From the NCBI GenBank assembly GCA_036507075.1, contig DASXQR010000167.1, positions 1 through 64,000 on the forward strand: a stretch of 64,000 bases of DNA, read 5' to 3'. Shown piece by piece: positions 59,901 to 64,000 of this stretch. Position numbers and translations under genes: made by a program. Position 1 is the first letter of the stretch; each line of letters begins with the position of its first letter. The notes beneath the pieces are model-generated. The model worked only from the letters and a program-made list of their open reading frames with translations. It had not been told where the DNA came from and ran no database searches. The stretch comes from Acidobacteriota bacterium (lineage in GTDB: Bacteria > Acidobacteriota > UBA6911 > JACQSX01).

Positions 59901-60056
59901 TGTACCGGCGGCTGCCGCGTCATCGAAATAGAGGGCAAGATAAAGGGTGAGCAGCGCGATCGCCGCCAACGCAGCCAGAGCCCTTCGGAATAACAGCTTG
60001 ATCAACTGCTTCATCTTTTTTTGCCGTGACGAACCTGAGCGCGGGCGCGATGTCAT
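56937..60056 (-). CDS. exported or membrane-anchored RCC1/BLIP-II repeat protein with C-terminal beta-rich domain
   Basis: About 14-15 repeats of A.G..HSLALKSDGTV.AWG.N..GQLGDGTT..R..PVQV; C-terminal YFAQAGGGGGFSTAIFLANP; AGGAG RBS before the ATG at 60056. Confidence 0.92.
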   Translation of the reverse strand: MTSRPRSGSSRQKKMKQLIKLLFRRALAALAAIALLTLYLALYFDDAAAAGTPVTPLAWGSNSAGQLGYPNPRTNFFPHLVVGLGSGSGVVAIAAGGSHSLALKANGAVLAWGNNASGQLGDGTTTPRITAVQVSGLGPGSGVVSIAAGNTHSLALKSDGTVVGWGNNANGQLGDGTTIQRTVPVQASALGPGSGAVAIAAGDFHSLVRKSDGSVVAFGSNANGQLGDGTTTQRTVPVQVTGLGPGAEVISITAGTGYSLAAKSDGTTLAWGRNPNGQLGDGTTTQRNIPVQVTGLGSGSGVIAVSAGNGHTLALKSNGTLLGWGRNPTAQVGDGTTIQRNTPVQVVGLGPASGVVAVATGESHSLALKSNNTSVIAWGNNVNGQVGDGTTNLALTPVDVIDPSAPSGLLRGVVAISASGQSFHSLALKSDGTVLSWGNNANGQLGDGNIDAKLEPLAVAGIGGIIAIGGGQQYSLALRVDGTVLTWGANANSQLGDGTTNTRITPLPVLDPSSSSGFLSGIVAIAAGAAFGFGIRSDGAVLGWGGNPTGQLGDGTTTNRSTPVQVTGLGPGSGVVAIVTGNGFTLALKSDGTVLAWGNNADGRLGDGTTTQRNAPVQVTGLGSGSGVVTIAAGFSHSVAVKADGTVLAWGNNASGQLGDGTTTQRNTPVQVSGLGVGSGVVAVAGGSGGLHTLALKSDGTVLAWGNNATGQLGDGTTTSRTTPNQVTGLGPGSGVVAIAAGGSHSLALRADGTVLAWGSNANGQVGDGTLETRLIPVRVSNLGPGSGIASIAAGGSHSLAVPLLTTSSGFFYFAQAGGGGGFSTAIFLANPSPTTTVRGSVSFFSADGRPLEGLVDNAAQTFVLPPLGTITIRTRSQGKATAAYARVSSSDPVVALATYSLADFAPLSVGPSTAPAAAFRAPVGRDRSRGINVGVAAVNVSTQRVIAVFTLTDSNGRLIRSFRTARILEPGEQVSETLTDLFPNLPDNFEGTLTIVALAPLPTQALVVTVVRFSPGTFNDVPVTPLAKEQLRSEENVP

Positions 60057-60084
60057 AGAAATTCTCCTATTGCAGTTCCTGAAG

Positions 60085-60327
60085 CTAACGCACAATGAAC
60101 CGGCGGCAGCGCTTGAGAATGGCGTGAATCTTTGCCAATAACTGAAGGCGCTTGTGCCATGCACAGACCGGCGCATTCTTGGGGAATGTGTGATCGCCTG
60201 ACTGACCGCTCATTCCCTGCCCGTCCGATTCTTGCGTGCCGTGGACGGCAAGCTGAACGGTTTCACTGGTGAAAACCGTTCGCCGCGTTTCCTCGAAAGT
60301 AACGGTTCTTCGCCTTACCCTGACCAT
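60085..60327 (-). CDS. small ORF upstream of the RCC1 gene
   Basis: MVRVRRRTVTFEETRRTVFTSETVQ; AAGGAG upstream. Confidence 0.55.
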   Translation of the reverse strand: MVRVRRRTVTFEETRRTVFTSETVQLAVHGTQESDGQGMSGQSGDHTFPKNAPVCAWHKRLQLLAKIHAILKRCRRFIVR

Positions 60328-60403
60328 TTTTTGCAGGCTCCTTGCTGACTTGGCGGCGCTGCCGGCTTGTTTCGGAATCTTGCTAAGTGATATAAAAATG
60401 CAT

Positions 60404-60447
60404 CTCGGAAAGTCCTCAGGAAACCTCTCTGGATTTCTAAGGAATTC
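60404..60447. promoter_or_regulatory. four 11-bp-periodic degenerate direct repeats (candidate wHTH binding site)
   Basis: CTCGGAAAGTC, CTCAGGAAACC, TCTCTGGATTT, CTAAGGAATTC in the divergent intergenic region. Confidence 0.5.
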
Positions 60448-60461
60448 TGACTTTTTCCTTT

Positions 60462-62447
60462 ATGACCACGGTCCTAGTGCGTTCGTACGAATTTGATCCA
60501 TTTCGTATCGACCTGACGAAACGGGTCCTCCTCAGGGAGGGCTGCCTGGTTGCGCTCCCGCCTAAGGCTTTTGATCTGCTGGAGGTTCTCGTCCAAAACA
60601 GCGGCCGGCTGATGAGCAAGGACGACTTAATGCAAACGGTTTGGCCGGATACTTTCGTTGAGGAAGGGAATCTGACCCATAACATATCGCTGTTGCGAAA
60701 GGCTCTGGGTGAAAGACCGGGAGATCATCGCTACGTTGTGACTGTGCCGGGGCGTGGATATCGGTTCGTGGCCGACGTTCGACCGGTGCAACAGAATCAA
60801 AATGGCGGGCCGCACTTTATGGAGGGCCGCACAGAGATCCAGATGATTGAGCAGCATTCCCGCTCTCAGATTATCGTCGAGGAACGTTATCAAAACGGCG
60901 AGGAACAGCGGTGGAGCAACAGCGAGAACAGCAATCAGGCCGTCATAAACCCGCACTGGGATCCTACGGCCGCAACAGCCGTCGGCCAATCTCTTCCAAC
61001 ACGCTCCGGTCCTTCAATCGAACAAGGAAGACGCCCCGCCGTAATCGCGACAGTGGCGGCGCTGATCTTTTTGAGCATCGCGTCGACAGTTTATTTTGTG
61101 TTCTGGAAGCAAAAAAGTGTATCCACCGGCGCACTCGGGTCTTCCCGAACCTTGGCAATTCTGCCACTGCGAAATCTAAGGCCGGATCCGGAAACAGACT
61201 TTCTTGGCTTCTCGCTCGCCGATTCGATCGCAACGCGGCTGAGCGGCAGCGCGGGTGTTGTTGTCCGTCCGTCGTCCTACATGGATAAGTTTCGAAACCG
61301 CACAGTGGACCCGCGAGATGCTGCCCGAGATTTGAACGTCGACACGGTTTTGACCGGGAGCTTTCTAAAAGATGCGAAGGATCTGCGTGTCACCGTCCAA
61401 CTGATCGATATGCAGGGCAGTCGAACGCTCTGGCAGGACACCATCGAGGTCAAATACGAGAACCTTCTCTCGATTCAGGACCGCATAGCGGGCCGTGTGG
61501 CAGCCGGTCTGACAGTCGACGGTAACCTGAAGCCAGCGGCGCAACCGGCGGCCACGCAAGACGCGGAAGCATATGAAGCTTATCTGAAGGGGCGCTATTT
61601 CTGGAACCGGCGTACGGTTCCGGCGTTCCAGAAGGCAGTCGATTATTTCCAGCAAGCTGTCAAACGTGACCCAAGGTACGCGCGCGCTTACGCGGGCCTC
61701 GCCGATTGTTACCTCCTTCAAGCTGAGCATGAAAAAGCCGCTGCCGCAGCTCGACAGGCGCTACTGATCGATGAAACGCTGGCGGAAGCTCATACCTCGC
61801 TGGCCAATCTAAGCCTCTTTCACGACTGGAACTGGCCCGAGGCCCGCAGAGAATTTCAGCGTGCCATCGCGCTGGATCCCAACTACCCAACCGCGCATCA
61901 CTGGTATGCATACTACTGGGCTGCGATGGGAAACTTGACCGAGGCAATTTCGGAGATGAGACGCGCTCGACAACTGGATCCGCTTTCGCTAATCATTAAC
62001 ACCGATCTGGGCCAACTGCTTTTCTTTGCTCGCCGAAATGATGAGGCCATTGAGCAGTTGCGGAGGACACTGGACATGGACTCGTCTTTCGTGATGGCCC
62101 ATTACAGGCTTGCCGAAGCGTACGAGCAGACGGGGCGATATCAGGAAGCCGATATGGAGTTGGGCGGTGTGCAGGGTTCCGCCTCATCCTGTCACTTAAG
62201 CGCTGTATTGGGCCGGCGGGAGCAGGCGATCCGGTGCCTGGGGCGACTTCCTGTGAGAACCGCCTACTTTAAAGCTTTGACCTATTCAGCGCTGGGGGAA
62301 AAGGACCAGGCATTCCAATACTTGTACGAAGCTTACCGAGGGCATGAGGGAGACATGGTTTTGCTCAAGGCAGATCCTAACGCGGACAGCTTGCGATCGG
62401 ATCCCCGCTATATGGATCTATTGCTTCGGATGAAGCTCCCCCGTTGA
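60462..62447 (+). CDS. OmpR/CadC-type winged-helix regulator with TM segment, TolB-N-like domain and TPR repeats
   Basis: [12 protein letters not shown]...[21 protein letters not shown]...[32 protein letters not shown] repeats; LRSDPRY.DLL. Confidence 0.93.
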   Translation: MTTVLVRSYEFDPFRIDLTKRVLLREGCLVALPPKAFDLLEVLVQNSGRLMSKDDLMQTVWPDTFVEEGNLTHNISLLRKALGERPGDHRYVVTVPGRGYRFVADVRPVQQNQNGGPHFMEGRTEIQMIEQHSRSQIIVEERYQNGEEQRWSNSENSNQAVINPHWDPTAATAVGQSLPTRSGPSIEQGRRPAVIATVAALIFLSIASTVYFVFWKQKSVSTGALGSSRTLAILPLRNLRPDPETDFLGFSLADSIATRLSGSAGVVVRPSSYMDKFRNRTVDPRDAARDLNVDTVLTGSFLKDAKDLRVTVQLIDMQGSRTLWQDTIEVKYENLLSIQDRIAGRVAAGLTVDGNLKPAAQPAATQDAEAYEAYLKGRYFWNRRTVPAFQKAVDYFQQAVKRDPRYARAYAGLADCYLLQAEHEKAAAAARQALLIDETLAEAHTSLANLSLFHDWNWPEARREFQRAIALDPNYPTAHHWYAYYWAAMGNLTEAISEMRRARQLDPLSLIINTDLGQLLFFARRNDEAIEQLRRTLDMDSSFVMAHYRLAEAYEQTGRYQEADMELGGVQGSASSCHLSAVLGRREQAIRCLGRLPVRTAYFKALTYSALGEKDQAFQYLYEAYRGHEGDMVLLKADPNADSLRSDPRYMDLLLRMKLPR

Positions 62448-62529
62448 CTCTGCTTCCTCCGGTCTGCGATGAAACCCTCTCCGCCGCTGGAACGTACAGT
62501 TCCCAGAGACAGGCCGGCTCTTCCCTCCT

Positions 62530-63742
<1,213 letters not shown>

Positions 63743-63750
<8 letters not shown>

Positions 63751-64000
63751 GCGAATACGGCCGGCCGCTTCGCGAATTATGACGCTCCATCACCTGCGTG
63801 AAGCCATGCTGCTCGCTCAGGATTCGATTCGGCAGCACAAATTTCGATCAATTCTGACACTGCTGGGAATTATCCTCGGAGTGGCCACCGTGATTGGAAT
63901 GGTCGCGGCCATTGAAGGGCTGAATCAAAGCGTCACCCAGGTCATCGAGGAGCTCAGCCCCAATATTTTTGTGGTGAGCCGCTTCGCCCCGACCGACATG
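63743..64000 (+). CDS. second MacB-family ABC permease, partial (runs off the window)
   Basis: HKFRSILTLLGIILGVATVIGM.A..EGL; start at 63743 or 63779. Confidence 0.88.

Overview
A 64-kb, GC-rich bacterial window. The gene families (Oar-like TonB-dependent receptors, PadR plus ADOP-type permease, wHTH-TPR regulator, nested intergenic repeats) suggest Acidobacteriota, which is an inference. Left end: a RAYT-like transposase between palindromes, then a decayed integron with a 3' intI remnant co-oriented with three attC-bounded cassettes (neprosin-like peptidase, duplicated-domain exported protein, SnoaL-like protein), and a 5'-truncated orphan 5S rRNA. Next come a thioredoxin-TPR gene with an in-frame UGA in a UxxC motif and a SECIS-like hairpin (probable selenoprotein) and a 5.5-kb decayed island in tRNA-Leu(TAA). 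The window holds five toxin-antitoxin loci, many internally deleted pseudogenes and nested miniature repeat elements. Right third: a wHTH-TPR regulator divergent from a cluster of exported proteins (RCC1-repeat, Rhs, YD/Ig-like, and a distal paralog). Three of them share an uncharacterised beta-rich domain, two are preceded by paralogous small ORFs, and no Rhs immunity gene is evident. All calls come from reading sequence motifs; no database searches were run.
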